Notes under the pieces: generated by a model
The model's database searches: none
The model's input: the letters and a program-made list of their open reading frames with translations, nothing else
Told to the model about the DNA's origin: nothing
Virus record (IMG/VR): IMGVR_UViG_3300035703_000055
Coordinates: 15,094 to 79,093 of that record
DNA: 64,000 nucleotides
DNA from: a virus
Reading direction: 5' to 3' (one strand)
Shown: piece after piece, positions 16,992 through 26,607 of the stretch
Layout of the letters: each line of letters opens with the position of its first letter
Numbering within the stretch: position 1 is the stretch's first letter
Program-made: the position numbers and the translations under genes

Positions 16992-18077
16992 ATGGCAACC
17001 ACGACAGAACAGTTGAAAGACGACGAAGCAGCATTTGCTTCCGCCTTCAACGAAGACCAAGCCCCAGCCGCTCAGATGTCGGAAGACGAAGAGTTTGGCC
17101 TGGCTGAACCTGCAGCAGAAGAGCCTGCCGCCGAAGCCAAAGACGGCGCCCCTGAGATGGAGTCCGAAGACGCTGGCAACGCCAACGACGGCGAGGCTCC
17201 TGCTGTTGCGATCGTGATTGACGGCGGTGAGCTCGAAGAGGCCGCCGACCAAGCCAATGCCAAAGACAGCGCCGAAGCCGCTGCTGATGCTGGCCAGATG
17301 GGCGACACTGTTGCCATGGCAGAAGAGGGCGCAGAAGACACCGCCGCCATGGCCAAAGAGATCCAGCGCTTGAAGTCCTGGGAGGGCCGCCTGAAGGCTA
17401 TGGAAGCCAAGCTCAAAGCCGCTGGCGCCGACACCGAGGAAGAGCAGACAGAAGCCGTGGCCGAGGCCATCGAGAAGTCTGCAGACGCCACAGACACCCC
17501 GGCCGACGAAGAGAAGGTCGAGCAGATCGCTGAGCAGGTCGAAGACGGCCAGATCAGCGTGACCCAGGCCATGAAGCAGCTGGCCGACGACTTCGGTGAC
17601 GAGTTCGTCAAGATGATCGAAGCCATCGCCACAGCCAAGGCCCGCGAAGCCGGCAGCCAGGTCGTAGGCGAGCTCAAGGGCACCGTCGACGAGATCATCG
17701 GCGACATCGTGGACACCAAGGCCAAGGCTCACTTCGAGAAGATTGCCGACGCTCACCCCGACTTCAACGAGATCGGCGAGAGCGAAGAGTTCAAGGCCTT
17801 CATCGACGCCATGCCTGAAGAAGGCAAAGGCGCAGCACTGGACACGATCGCCAACGGCTCTGCCAAGTCGATCATCAAGCTGCTGAACGATTTCAAGGCA
17901 GTCAACAAGTCCGGCGGCGACGCAGCTCCCGAGCTGACCGAAGCCAAGGAATCGATCCTGGACGAGGTCTCCGAAGACCAGATGGACGCCGCAGAAGGCG
18001 TGCGCTCCAGCGGCATGAAGCTGCCTGAGCAACCCGCCAAGTCGGACGACTACGAGTCGGCCTGGTCGGAGTTCTGA
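16992..18077 (+). CDS. Capsid scaffolding protein
   Basis: Highly acidic; KSWEGRL and IADAHPDF motifs; position before the capsid gene. Confidence 0.8.
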   Translation: MATTTEQLKDDEAAFASAFNEDQAPAAQMSEDEEFGLAEPAAEEPAAEAKDGAPEMESEDAGNANDGEAPAVAIVIDGGELEEAADQANAKDSAEAAADAGQMGDTVAMAEEGAEDTAAMAKEIQRLKSWEGRLKAMEAKLKAAGADTEEEQTEAVAEAIEKSADATDTPADEEKVEQIAEQVEDGQISVTQAMKQLADDFGDEFVKMIEAIATAKAREAGSQVVGELKGTVDEIIGDIVDTKAKAHFEKIADAHPDFNEIGESEEFKAFIDAMPEEGKGAALDTIANGSAKSIIKLLNDFKAVNKSGGDAAPELTEAKESILDEVSEDQMDAAEGVRSSGMKLPEQPAKSDDYESAWSEF

Positions 18078-18469
18078 TGGCTCAGTACGGAGGCCGTGAG
18101 ATCGGTCTGAAGCCGAGCGACGCAATCGCCGCCGAAGCCCGCAAGGGTCTCGAGTGGCGCAGCGAGTTCGGCCGCGGAGGCACTGAGGTCGGCATCGCCC
18201 GGGCTCGAGACCTCAGCAACCGCAAGGAGCTGTCGCCCGACACCGTTCGGCGCATGCACAGCTTCTTCTCGCGTCACGAGGTCGACAAGAAAGGCGAGGG
18301 CTTTTCTCCTGGCGAGAAGGGTTACCCGTCCAACGGCCGCATCGCATGGGCCCTTTGGGGTGGCGATGCAGGCGCATCCTGGGCTCGCGCCAAGGCGGCA
18401 ACCCTGGACCGAATCGACGAATCAGGCAAAGACGGCGACGACTACGCCAAGGCCTGGAACGAAAAGTAA
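18077..18469 (+). CDS. Head-region conserved-domain protein
   Basis: RGGTEVG..RA..L..RMHSFFSRHE..AWALWGGD domain seen in phage head modules. Confidence 0.75.
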   Translation: MAQYGGREIGLKPSDAIAAEARKGLEWRSEFGRGGTEVGIARARDLSNRKELSPDTVRRMHSFFSRHEVDKKGEGFSPGEKGYPSNGRIAWALWGGDAGASWARAKAATLDRIDESGKDGDDYAKAWNEK

Positions 18470-18865
18470 AGCGTCCCCGCTCTGCGAAAGCATCGGGCTT
18501 GAAGCCTCATCGGAGGCCGCTGCGACCCAGGTAGCGTTACGACACTGGGACCCATTCAGCTGATCCGCCATGCGCGGAAACAGTATCGAGGCCGCTGGCA
18601 TTGCCGGCGACCTCAGCCAGTTTGTGGAAGTAGCCACTCCGTGCTGCCTCACAGCCGGTGTAGCAGGATGCACCGGTAACCAAACATCCTGCACCTTGGA
18701 GCACGACAACCAGTCGCGCATGAGACAAAGAATTCGGGACACGCCTCGGCGCCCCACATGAGTTCAGCGGATCTGCACACGGCAAACGGGAAATCCATCG
18801 CTCCTTTCAAGATGGCTGTTACCAACAGCAAAAGACTCTTTTAGCCATTAACAAAGGAAATCACC
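18470..18865 (+). ncRNA. Candidate large structured RNA / capsid mRNA leader
   Basis: Many nested complementary segments and a potential pseudoknot; no credible ORF. Confidence 0.6.
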
Positions 18866-19849
18866 ATGGCATCTACCTCTTACGGCGACATCTCGCCCCG
18901 TACCGCAGCCTACGCAGAAAAAGAACTGCTCAAGCGCGGCCTCCCCTACCTCGTCTTGGAAAAGTTCGGTCAAGCGAAAGCTCTGCCCGCCAACTCCACC
19001 AAAGTGATGAAGTTCCGTCGCTACACAGCGCTGAGCAACACACCCGTGGCCTTGACCGAAGGCGTGACCCCATCCAGCCAGCAGCTGTCCGTCACTGACG
19101 TGACCGCTACCCTGAGCCAGTACGGCGGTCTGACCACGATCTCTGACGTGATCTTGGACACCCACGAAGACCAGACCTTGAACGAGGCCGTGGCTCTGTT
19201 GGGCGAACAAGCCGCCCAGATGATCGAGAAGATGCGCTTCGGCGTGCTGAAAGCTGGCACGAACGTGCTGTACGCCAACGGCTCCGCTCGTACCGACGTG
19301 AACACCGAGATCTCGATCGACGTGCAGCGCCGTGCCGTGCGTGCTCTGAAGCGTCAAAACGCTCGCTTCATCACCACCATCATCCGCTCGACTCCTTCGT
19401 TCGGTACAGAGAACGTGGCCCCTGGCTTCGTGGCTCTGATCCACCCCGACGTGGAAGCTTCCGTGCGTTCCCTGACTGGCTTCGTTCCTGCTGAAAAGTA
19501 CGGCACGATGACTCCATGGGAAGGCGAGCTGGGCAAGGTTGAGGACGTGCGCTACGTGTCGTCCACCATCTTCAGCCCATTCGCTGACGCTGGCGGCGCC
19601 AAGGGCAGCATGCTGTCCACCACTGGCACTTCTGCCGACGTGTACCCGATCCTGTTCTTGGGTCGTGACGCTTACGGCATCGTGGCCTTGAAGGGCGCCT
19701 TCGCTCTGACCCCCATGGTCGTGAACCCCAAGCCTTCGGATTCCGATCCTTTGGCCCAGCGTGGTCACGTCAGCTGGAAGGGCATGCAGACCGCCGTGAT
19801 CTTGAACGACGCGTTCATGATCAGGGTCGAGGTAGCCGCTCGCGCCTGA
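18866..19849 (+). CDS. Major capsid protein, N4-gp56 family
   Basis: YGDISPRTAAYA, FRRY, LTEGVTP, DPLAQRG.V.WK motifs; strong codon bias; AAGGA RBS. Confidence 0.93.
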   Translation: MASTSYGDISPRTAAYAEKELLKRGLPYLVLEKFGQAKALPANSTKVMKFRRYTALSNTPVALTEGVTPSSQQLSVTDVTATLSQYGGLTTISDVILDTHEDQTLNEAVALLGEQAAQMIEKMRFGVLKAGTNVLYANGSARTDVNTEISIDVQRRAVRALKRQNARFITTIIRSTPSFGTENVAPGFVALIHPDVEASVRSLTGFVPAEKYGTMTPWEGELGKVEDVRYVSSTIFSPFADAGGAKGSMLSTTGTSADVYPILFLGRDAYGIVALKGAFALTPMVVNPKPSDSDPLAQRGHVSWKGMQTAVILNDAFMIRVEVAARA

Positions 19850-19870
19850 TAAGGCCTGAGCGCTGAAACA

Positions 19871-19893
19871 AGGGCTCCTTCGGGGGCCCTTTT
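19871..19893 (+). terminator. Rho-independent terminator
   Basis: AGGGCTCC-TTCG-GGGGCCCT-TTT. Confidence 0.75.
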
Positions 19894-19976
19894 CCATTGG
19901 TGCGTCGGATAAATAACGACGACCAACCCGATGCCGGGGCGGGCAATCCCCGGCAATTTTTCTGTGAGGTATTCCA

Positions 19977-20330
19977 ATGTCCGATTCCAAAGTCACCACC
20001 CTTGACGACGCGGCCGCTCTGGCTGACGCAACCGTCGCCGCCAAAGCCAAGACATCCGTCACCAAGGCCAAAGGCGCAAACCACGACTCAGCTCTGTCTG
20101 GCGACAAACAGATCCTGACCATTCACCAAACCAACGACGACGGCGGCAGCGAAGACGTCTTCATCGGCATCAACGGTTACGGCTACCAAATCAAGCGTGG
20201 CGAGCCCGTTGAAGTGCCCAAAGAAGTTGTGCAAGTGATCGCCAACGCCAAGCAAGAACTGATGACGTTCGGCAAAGACGGCAACGTGATCTCGCGCACC
20301 ACTCCACGCTTCCCCTACTCCGTTCAGTAA
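19977..20330 (+). CDS. Virion structural protein (post-capsid gene)
   Basis: VFIGING..YQIKRG.PVEVP motif. Confidence 0.75.
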   Translation: MSDSKVTTLDDAAALADATVAAKAKTSVTKAKGANHDSALSGDKQILTIHQTNDDGGSEDVFIGINGYGYQIKRGEPVEVPKEVVQVIANAKQELMTFGKDGNVISRTTPRFPYSVQ

Positions 20331-20340
20331 GGCCTGACCC

Positions 20341-21123
20341 ATGTCCAACACCCTTGTCAAAGACGTCCTGTACCGCGTGTCGGTCCAGTTGCACGACATT
20401 AGCCCGCAGTTCACCCGCTGGACTCAGCGCGAGCTCGTGTCTGCTCTGAACGACGGCCAAAAGGCCATCGCCAAGTACATGCCGTCCTCCTGCTCAAGGG
20501 TGGATGCAGTCAAGCTCAAGCCCGGCACCAAGCAATCGATCGACACCATCCTGGCCACTGACATCAAGCCAGGCGACGGGTCTACCGCTACCAAGGTGCT
20601 GGGCAACTACTTGCAGGGCGTGATCCGCAACATGGGCTCTGATGGCCTGACGCCCGGCACCGCGGTTCGGATTGCCGACCGTGAGGTGCTGGATGTCAAC
20701 ACGCCCAACTGGCACACCGTGACCGGCACACCAGTGTCGATCTACACGTTTGATCCGCGCCAGCCCAAGATTTTCTATGTGTCGCCAGGCGTTCCGTCGA
20801 CCGGCACAGCATGGCTCGAGGTCTCGTACCTGGCTGACCCCGTTGAGGTTTCTCTGGTTGGCGACTACGCCATGGACGGCACGGACGACACCGTGATCAG
20901 CATTGACGACAAGTTCGTCGATGACCTCGTCAACTACATCCTGGCCCGCGCCTACATGAAGGACGCCGAGTTCGCCGGCAACGGCGGCCAGGCTGCCATC
21001 CACGTCAACCTGTTCACCGCGTCCATCAACGCCCAGGTGGTCGCGCTCACAGGCGTGAACCCAAATCTGCGCGCGTTGCCCATGAACCCCAACGTGCCGG
21101 CTCCGTCGGCTCCAACGGCGTAA
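20341..21123 (+). CDS. Head-tail adaptor (DUF6682-like)
   Basis: RWT..EL...LNDGQ; LVNYILARAYMKDAE. Confidence 0.75.
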   Translation: MSNTLVKDVLYRVSVQLHDISPQFTRWTQRELVSALNDGQKAIAKYMPSSCSRVDAVKLKPGTKQSIDTILATDIKPGDGSTATKVLGNYLQGVIRNMGSDGLTPGTAVRIADREVLDVNTPNWHTVTGTPVSIYTFDPRQPKIFYVSPGVPSTGTAWLEVSYLADPVEVSLVGDYAMDGTDDTVISIDDKFVDDLVNYILARAYMKDAEFAGNGGQAAIHVNLFTASINAQVVALTGVNPNLRALPMNPNVPAPSAPTA

Positions 21124-21126
21124 CCC

Positions 21127-21765
21127 ATGAAGCTCGACGACTTTCTCCCACACCTGCTGCCTGAGTTGCCAGGCTGCCCGGACATGATCATCAAGCAGCA
21201 GCTGCTGTTTGGCGTCATCGAGTTCTGCCAAGAGACACACGCCTGGAACGAGATCCAGGACCCGATCCAAGTGCTCGAGAAGCAGTACGAGATCGACGTC
21301 GAGACGCCTCGCGACACCCGAGTCGTTGCGGTCAAGGACGTCTGGGCATCCAGCCGCAAGTTGCGCCCGGTCACCATGCCGCAGCTGTTTGAGCTGATGC
21401 CGAACTGGCAGACAGCAGAAGGCTCGGAGCCCACCTACTACAACGCAAGCATCGACTACCGCACGATCCGGATTTTCCCGATCCCGTTTGGCACGAATCG
21501 CCAGACGCTGACGATGCGCGTCGCCTACGCGCCAGAGATGACCGCTACGACGATTCCGGACGAGCTGGCCATCAAGTACTGGGACGCCCTGATCGGAGGC
21601 GCCAAGGCCCGTCTGATGACGATGCCGGGCAAATCCTGGAGCAATCCAGCGCTCTCGCTCTACAACCGCCGCCTGTTCGACGACGGGATTCTCAAGGCGA
21701 AGATCAGCGCACTGCACGACCGGGTCGAGGGCAGTCTTTCAGTTCGACCCCATCCATTCGCCTGA
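21127..21765 (+). CDS. Adaptor/tail tubular protein
   Basis: LPGCP..IEFCQETHAW..GAKARLMTMPGKSWSNP. Confidence 0.7.
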   Translation: MKLDDFLPHLLPELPGCPDMIIKQQLLFGVIEFCQETHAWNEIQDPIQVLEKQYEIDVETPRDTRVVAVKDVWASSRKLRPVTMPQLFELMPNWQTAEGSEPTYYNASIDYRTIRIFPIPFGTNRQTLTMRVAYAPEMTATTIPDELAIKYWDALIGGAKARLMTMPGKSWSNPALSLYNRRLFDDGILKAKISALHDRVEGSLSVRPHPFA

Positions 21766-21777
21766 CCGAGGTTCGCC

Positions 21778-22104
21778 ATGGCAGAAAAAATCAAACTCGT
21801 TCGAGGCGACACCCGCCCTCAGCTGCAACTAACGCTCACCAACGAGCTCGACGATCTGAATGTCGACCTGACGGATGCCACGCTTGTCATGCGCTTTCGC
21901 CAGGCCGGCTCCGATCAGGTGCTGGACACGCTCAACGGCATCGTGACTGACGGCGTCGGCGGCAAGGTCGTGTTCCTGTGGAACCTGAACACGCTCAACG
22001 TCGAGCCAGGAGACTACGAGGGCGAGATCGAGATCACGTTCCCATCGCTTGAAGTCCAAACCGTCTACGAGCTGCTCAAGTTCCGAGTTCGTCAGGACTT
22101 CTGA
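21778..22104 (+). CDS. BppU-like Ig-fold structural protein
   Basis: IKLVRGDTRP..VDLT..GDYEGEIEITF. Confidence 0.65.
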   Translation: MAEKIKLVRGDTRPQLQLTLTNELDDLNVDLTDATLVMRFRQAGSDQVLDTLNGIVTDGVGGKVVFLWNLNTLNVEPGDYEGEIEITFPSLEVQTVYELLKFRVRQDF

Positions 22105-22970
22105 TGGTCAAGATTGGCATCTTCATTGAGGCGATTCAGGTTGCAGTCGCCCAGGGTGCAATCACCGCACAAGTTGGCGCAGAAGCCATCAAGTACTACG
22201 CCGAAGTCGGCGAATTCTTCCTGCGCCGCAACGCTTTTGACGCCACGCAGACGACCGATGAAACGCTGCTGGAGATCACCAAGCGCCTCCAGGATGCGAT
22301 GGTCGCGATCGATGTCGCCACCAAATCTCTGGGCCGCGGCATCAACGACGCGATCGCCGCCTCAGAGGTGGTGTCAAAGGGCCTCGGAAGGTCGGTCTCT
22401 GATAGCTCGGTTGCGTCCGACACAAGCGTGCGTGCTTTTGGCAAGGCAGTGACAGAACTGATTGCCTCTTCCGAGTCGCTGCAGCGCATGGTGGGCAAAA
22501 CGCTCGCCGATACGGCAGCATCCGCCGACGTCGCCACCAAGGGCTTCAGCAAAACTGCCAGCGATGCCGCGGCCATAAGCGACGTCACATCCAAGGGTTT
22601 CGCCAAGACCGCCGCAGAGGCACTTGTCGCGTCGGACTCAGTCCTGGTTGCGTCAGTCAAAGATCTGGCCGACGCCGTCAGCGTCACAGACGACATCAAC
22701 GGCAGCGCCGTCGCAGACGACGACCAGACCATACAGTTTGTCAAGTCATTGACAGACCCCATCACCGCGGCCGATTTGCTTCAGCGAATTGCAAGCTACA
22801 GCCGCGCGTTCACAGAGTCCCTGTCTGCTGCCGACGTGGCCAGCAAACATACCTCAAAGGCCGCGACTGACTCAGCCGCAACCTCCGAGCAAGGCCAGAT
22901 CTTTCTGCAGAGCTACGCCGATGGGACGTACTTCGCAGAGGACTACGTCGGCACCACAACCACCTTTTGA
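22104..22970 (+). CDS. Repetitive virion fibre protein
   Basis: ~19-aa repeats K-x-x-x-D/E-x-x-x-x-S-D/E; C-terminal YFAEDYVG. Confidence 0.7.
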   Translation: MVKIGIFIEAIQVAVAQGAITAQVGAEAIKYYAEVGEFFLRRNAFDATQTTDETLLEITKRLQDAMVAIDVATKSLGRGINDAIAASEVVSKGLGRSVSDSSVASDTSVRAFGKAVTELIASSESLQRMVGKTLADTAASADVATKGFSKTASDAAAISDVTSKGFAKTAAEALVASDSVLVASVKDLADAVSVTDDINGSAVADDDQTIQFVKSLTDPITAADLLQRIASYSRAFTESLSAADVASKHTSKAATDSAATSEQGQIFLQSYADGTYFAEDYVGTTTTF

Positions 22971-22982
22971 AAGGCAATACCC

Positions 22983-23426
22983 ATGAACACTCAAGAATTT
23001 CTCAAAGTCGTCGGCAACGTCGATGTTGTACTGACCGGCGCTGACGGCCAGATCAAAGACCAGCGCGAGATCAAAAACCTGGTCGTTACCAGCGGCCTGG
23101 CCTTCATCGCCAGCCGCATGCGCGACGCCTCCGCCTCTGTCATGTCTCACATGGCCGTCGGCGCCGGCACCACTGCTGCCGCCCTGGGCAACACCGGCCT
23201 GGTCTCCGAGCTCGGTCGCGTGGCTTTGACCTCGACCACCGTGAACTCCAACCAGATCGTGTTCACCGCCACATTCCCTGCGGGCACTGGCACTGGCGCT
23301 GTGACTGAGGCCGGCATCCTGAACGCTGGCGCTGCCGGCACCATGCTTTGCCGCACCGTGTTCAGCGTCGTGAACAAGGACGCAGGCGACACTTTGTCGA
23401 TCACCTGGTCTGTGACCATCTCTTGA
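22983..23426 (+). CDS. Virion structural protein
   Basis: NLVVTSG, MAVGAG, TEAGILNA motifs. Confidence 0.75.
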   Translation: MNTQEFLKVVGNVDVVLTGADGQIKDQREIKNLVVTSGLAFIASRMRDASASVMSHMAVGAGTTAAALGNTGLVSELGRVALTSTTVNSNQIVFTATFPAGTGTGAVTEAGILNAGAAGTMLCRTVFSVVNKDAGDTLSITWSVTIS

Positions 23427-23516
23427 TCCACTGAGCTGCTCTGGGGCTCGCGCAATGCGGGCCCGCGCGCTTCCCCTGCGCCATCACTGTAAAAAACCCA
23501 GGCACAAGGCAACTCA

Positions 23517-25811
23517 ATGGCTTCTCTCACTCTACGTCTCATCAAAGGCGAGCCGCTCACAAACGCTGAGTTGGACGCAAACTTTTCCAACTTGGACGCC
23601 GATGTGGCGTCGCGCCTGCTTGCGTCCAGCAATTTGTCGGACTTGGCCAGTGCCGCCACAGCTCGCACAAACCTTGGCCTGGGCAACGTCGAGAACAAGT
23701 CATCGGCCACGATCCGCTCGGAGCTGACCAGCCTGAACGTCACAACGGCACTGGGTTTCACGCCTTACGACGCATCCAACCCGACCGGGTACATCACCAG
23801 CGCCGCGCTGTCTCCGTACCTCACGAGCGCATCGGCCGCATCGACCTACCTGGCATTGGCTGGCGGCACGATGGCCGGCAGCCTCACGCTGAACGCCGGC
23901 ACAGCCAACGGCCTGGCCTACCTCAACGGCTCCAAAGTACTGACCACTGGGTCTGCACTGACGTTTGATGGAGCACTCCTTGGTGTCCCATCCATCGGCC
24001 AGTCTGGCTCTGGCATTTACGGGTTCTTCAACAGTACCGGCGCTGGTAATGCTTGGGCGAGCTACCGATATAACGGCTCGGAGATTGGCGAAATTGGGCA
24101 AGGCAGCGGAATCATTTCTGGCGGCTCAAATACGGATTTCGGAATCCGTGCAACCAACAATTTGGTCTTTGGCATTTCGTTTAACGAACAAATGCGCCTG
24201 ACCAGCACAGGTCTGGGTATTGGGACGAGTTCGCCACAGACAAAACTTCAAGCTGATGGAACTTCGGCTGGGGCTTTGCTGAACGTCTTGACCCTGCGGA
24301 ACGGTTCGGCTGTTGCCAACTCGGAAGTTGGCATCTTCTTTGCGCCTACTGACCAAACTACCAATATTCGCGGCGCTCAGATTTCAGCAATCAATGACGG
24401 CGGCAACAATGTTGGATTGAAGTTCTACACAGGCGCTGGTGCCTCTATCACTAGCAAAATGTTGCTCGACTCCTCCGGCAACCTCGGCTTGGGGGTTACT
24501 CCGAGTGCTTGGCAGGCTGCACTTGGGAAAGTTATTCAGCTTGGTACTGGCGGCGCAATTGTGGGCGACAGCGGGGCCGGTCGTCTTCGTTCTATCGCAA
24601 ACGCTTATTTTGATGGTTCAAACTGGAGGTATATCGTTAACGGGTATGCCACCTATATGTACCAAGACGGATTCACTGGAGCCACGTCTTGGCAACAAGC
24701 CCCCTCCGGCACAGCAGGCAACGCTATCAGCTTTACTCAGGCGATGACGCTGGATGCGAGTGGACGACTGTTGGTTGGCAGCACCTCTGCCACAAGTGGC
24801 CTGGCATCCGGAGCACTGCAGGTCGGTTCTGGGCTTTCTGGCCTTACCAACACCGGCTCCCTTGTTGCCCCGACCATTGTTACTTCCGGCTCCCTTGAGT
24901 TCAATTTTGATGGGGTGTCAGGAGCTCAACGTCACGGCCGCATCACGGGTAACGGCACTACCAACGGCGGCCCATACGCAGGCGGCTTGGATTTTGAGTA
25001 CTACGCTTATGACGGAAGCAGCGCGTACCGGTGGTACACGGGTGCGCGTATCACCTCCGGCGGCACGCTTTGCATCAACACGACATCAACTACAAATTCC
25101 GCAAAGCAGGTTGTCGCGGCCGCATATCAGGGTGTTGGTGTGTTTTCTTGGGCGTCACGGTTTGGCGCTGACAGTTACACCGGCGATGGCGGTGACTATG
25201 CGGTAATCGGTTTTGGCGTTGAGACCAGCTCATTCTCTAAAGGCGCATTTGGCTGGAAACGCACCGGGTCGTATGACCGTGGCGCTTTTGTCTGGGCCAT
25301 CAACAATGAACTCAACGGCAACAGCGCTGTAGCCACCGATATAAAAATGATGTTGTCTCCTGCTGGGGGGCTGTCCCTTGGAACCACGGTAGACCCTGGC
25401 GCAGGTGCCATCTACGCCACTGGCAACATCACGGCCTACTACTCCTCGGACGCCAAGTTCAAGGAAAACGTCACCGAAATCCCGAGCGCCGCAGCCACCG
25501 TCCTCGCCATCGGCGGCAAGCTCTTCGACTGGACCGACGAATACATCGCATCGCACGGAGGCGAGGATGGCTACTTTGTTCAAAAGCAGGACTTCGGTGT
25601 CATCGCTCAGGACGTGTTGCGCGTCTTCCCTCGCGCTGTGCGTAAGCGTGCAGATGGCTCACTGGCAGTGGACTACGAAAAGCTCTCAGCGCTGGCCTTT
25701 GCGGCTATCGCAGAGCAAGAGGCTCGCATCAATGAACAGCAGGCTCGCATCGATGAGCAAGAAGTTCGCATCGCTCGCCTTGAGCGGCTCATCGAGGCGC
25801 GTCTGCAATGA
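23517..25811 (+). CDS. Tail fibre with C-terminal intramolecular chaperone (S74-like)
   Basis: Repeated M-x-L-x-S-x-G-x-L-x-x-G units; SSDAKFKENV..GVIAQDV..VDY plus coiled coil. Confidence 0.85.
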   Translation: MASLTLRLIKGEPLTNAELDANFSNLDADVASRLLASSNLSDLASAATARTNLGLGNVENKSSATIRSELTSLNVTTALGFTPYDASNPTGYITSAALSPYLTSASAASTYLALAGGTMAGSLTLNAGTANGLAYLNGSKVLTTGSALTFDGALLGVPSIGQSGSGIYGFFNSTGAGNAWASYRYNGSEIGEIGQGSGIISGGSNTDFGIRATNNLVFGISFNEQMRLTSTGLGIGTSSPQTKLQADGTSAGALLNVLTLRNGSAVANSEVGIFFAPTDQTTNIRGAQISAINDGGNNVGLKFYTGAGASITSKMLLDSSGNLGLGVTPSAWQAALGKVIQLGTGGAIVGDSGAGRLRSIANAYFDGSNWRYIVNGYATYMYQDGFTGATSWQQAPSGTAGNAISFTQAMTLDASGRLLVGSTSATSGLASGALQVGSGLSGLTNTGSLVAPTIVTSGSLEFNFDGVSGAQRHGRITGNGTTNGGPYAGGLDFEYYAYDGSSAYRWYTGARITSGGTLCINTTSTTNSAKQVVAAAYQGVGVFSWASRFGADSYTGDGGDYAVIGFGVETSSFSKGAFGWKRTGSYDRGAFVWAINNELNGNSAVATDIKMMLSPAGGLSLGTTVDPGAGAIYATGNITAYYSSDAKFKENVTEIPSAAATVLAIGGKLFDWTDEYIASHGGEDGYFVQKQDFGVIAQDVLRVFPRAVRKRADGSLAVDYEKLSALAFAAIAEQEARINEQQARIDEQEVRIARLERLIEARLQ

Positions 25812-26356
25812 CATTACCTGCATCAGGATCAATCAGCTTAGGGCAGGTGAATACCGAGCTGTCGCGGTCTGCAACGGCCGCAATCAGCTTGAATGAAACT
25901 GCAGTGCGCACCCTATTTGGCAAGGCAAGCGGTGCGATCTCAATGGCGGACGGGCGAGGCAAAGCGAACGCCTTCACGACCACGCCAACAGGCAGCGCGT
26001 ACAGAGGCACCGGCAGCTCGGCGGGTTACGTCAACGGCTACATCAGATCTGACCTTGGGGGTGTGTACTCGGCGCTCGGCTCGATCTCTGTCGGTACGTA
26101 CAAGGGCTTCACCATCCAGGCGCTTTACTCGCGAATCTACAGCGACGGCTATGACCAAAGCTATGGCCTGATCTTGGTCGGCAACTCAACGTCTGCCATC
26201 CCAAGCGTGACCTATGTGACGCCGTCCGACTGGGGCACGATCACCGGCGTCTTTGATGGCACGTACACGCGCTACACCTACACCGTAGGCCTTGGCGATG
26301 GACCGGCCTACACGGACGGCATCAGCGGCCTTGCCATTCAGATACTGCCGGCGTAA
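25808..26356 (+). CDS. Tail-fibre adhesin/tip protein
   Basis: MTLPASGSISLGQVNTEL...ISMADGRGKA attachment domain. Confidence 0.7.
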   Translation: MTLPASGSISLGQVNTELSRSATAAISLNETAVRTLFGKASGAISMADGRGKANAFTTTPTGSAYRGTGSSAGYVNGYIRSDLGGVYSALGSISVGTYKGFTIQALYSRIYSDGYDQSYGLILVGNSTSAIPSVTYVTPSDWGTITGVFDGTYTRYTYTVGLGDGPAYTDGISGLAIQILPA

Positions 26357-26367
26357 GGCTTGACATC

Positions 26368-26598
26368 ATGACACTGCCTCAACTCCCCCAAGACAAAGCC
26401 AGCCACGTCCTGTACGGGCTGCTGGCGTTCTGCGTGTTCGGTCTCATCAGCCCCGTCTTGGGCTTTCTTGCTGCCGTCTTCATTGGCGCCGCAAAAGAGG
26501 CTTGGGATCGCTGGACAGGCAAAGGCCATGTCGAGTGGGCTGACTTCATCGCCACTACCGCCGGTGGCGGCGCTGGCCTTTTCTGCACTTTTCTCTAA
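26368..26598 (+). CDS. Small membrane protein
   Basis: DKASH..GAAKEAWD..EWADFIAT with hydrophobic helices. Confidence 0.7.
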   Translation: MTLPQLPQDKASHVLYGLLAFCVFGLISPVLGFLAAVFIGAAKEAWDRWTGKGHVEWADFIATTAGGGAGLFCTFL

Positions 26599-26607
26599 GG
26601 ACTCACC

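Noticed and set aside
18470-18865. Short ORFs, tmRNA or intron interpretation of the capsid leader
   Set aside because: ORFs lack RBS and codon bias; no tRNA-like ends or group I/II core motifs; no interrupted gene
25712-25785. 21-bp imperfect tandem repeats; also 12-bp repeats near 60107-60146 and a 15-bp duplication near 41262-41296
   Set aside because: In-frame coding repeats (heptads, linkers); not CRISPR or iterons
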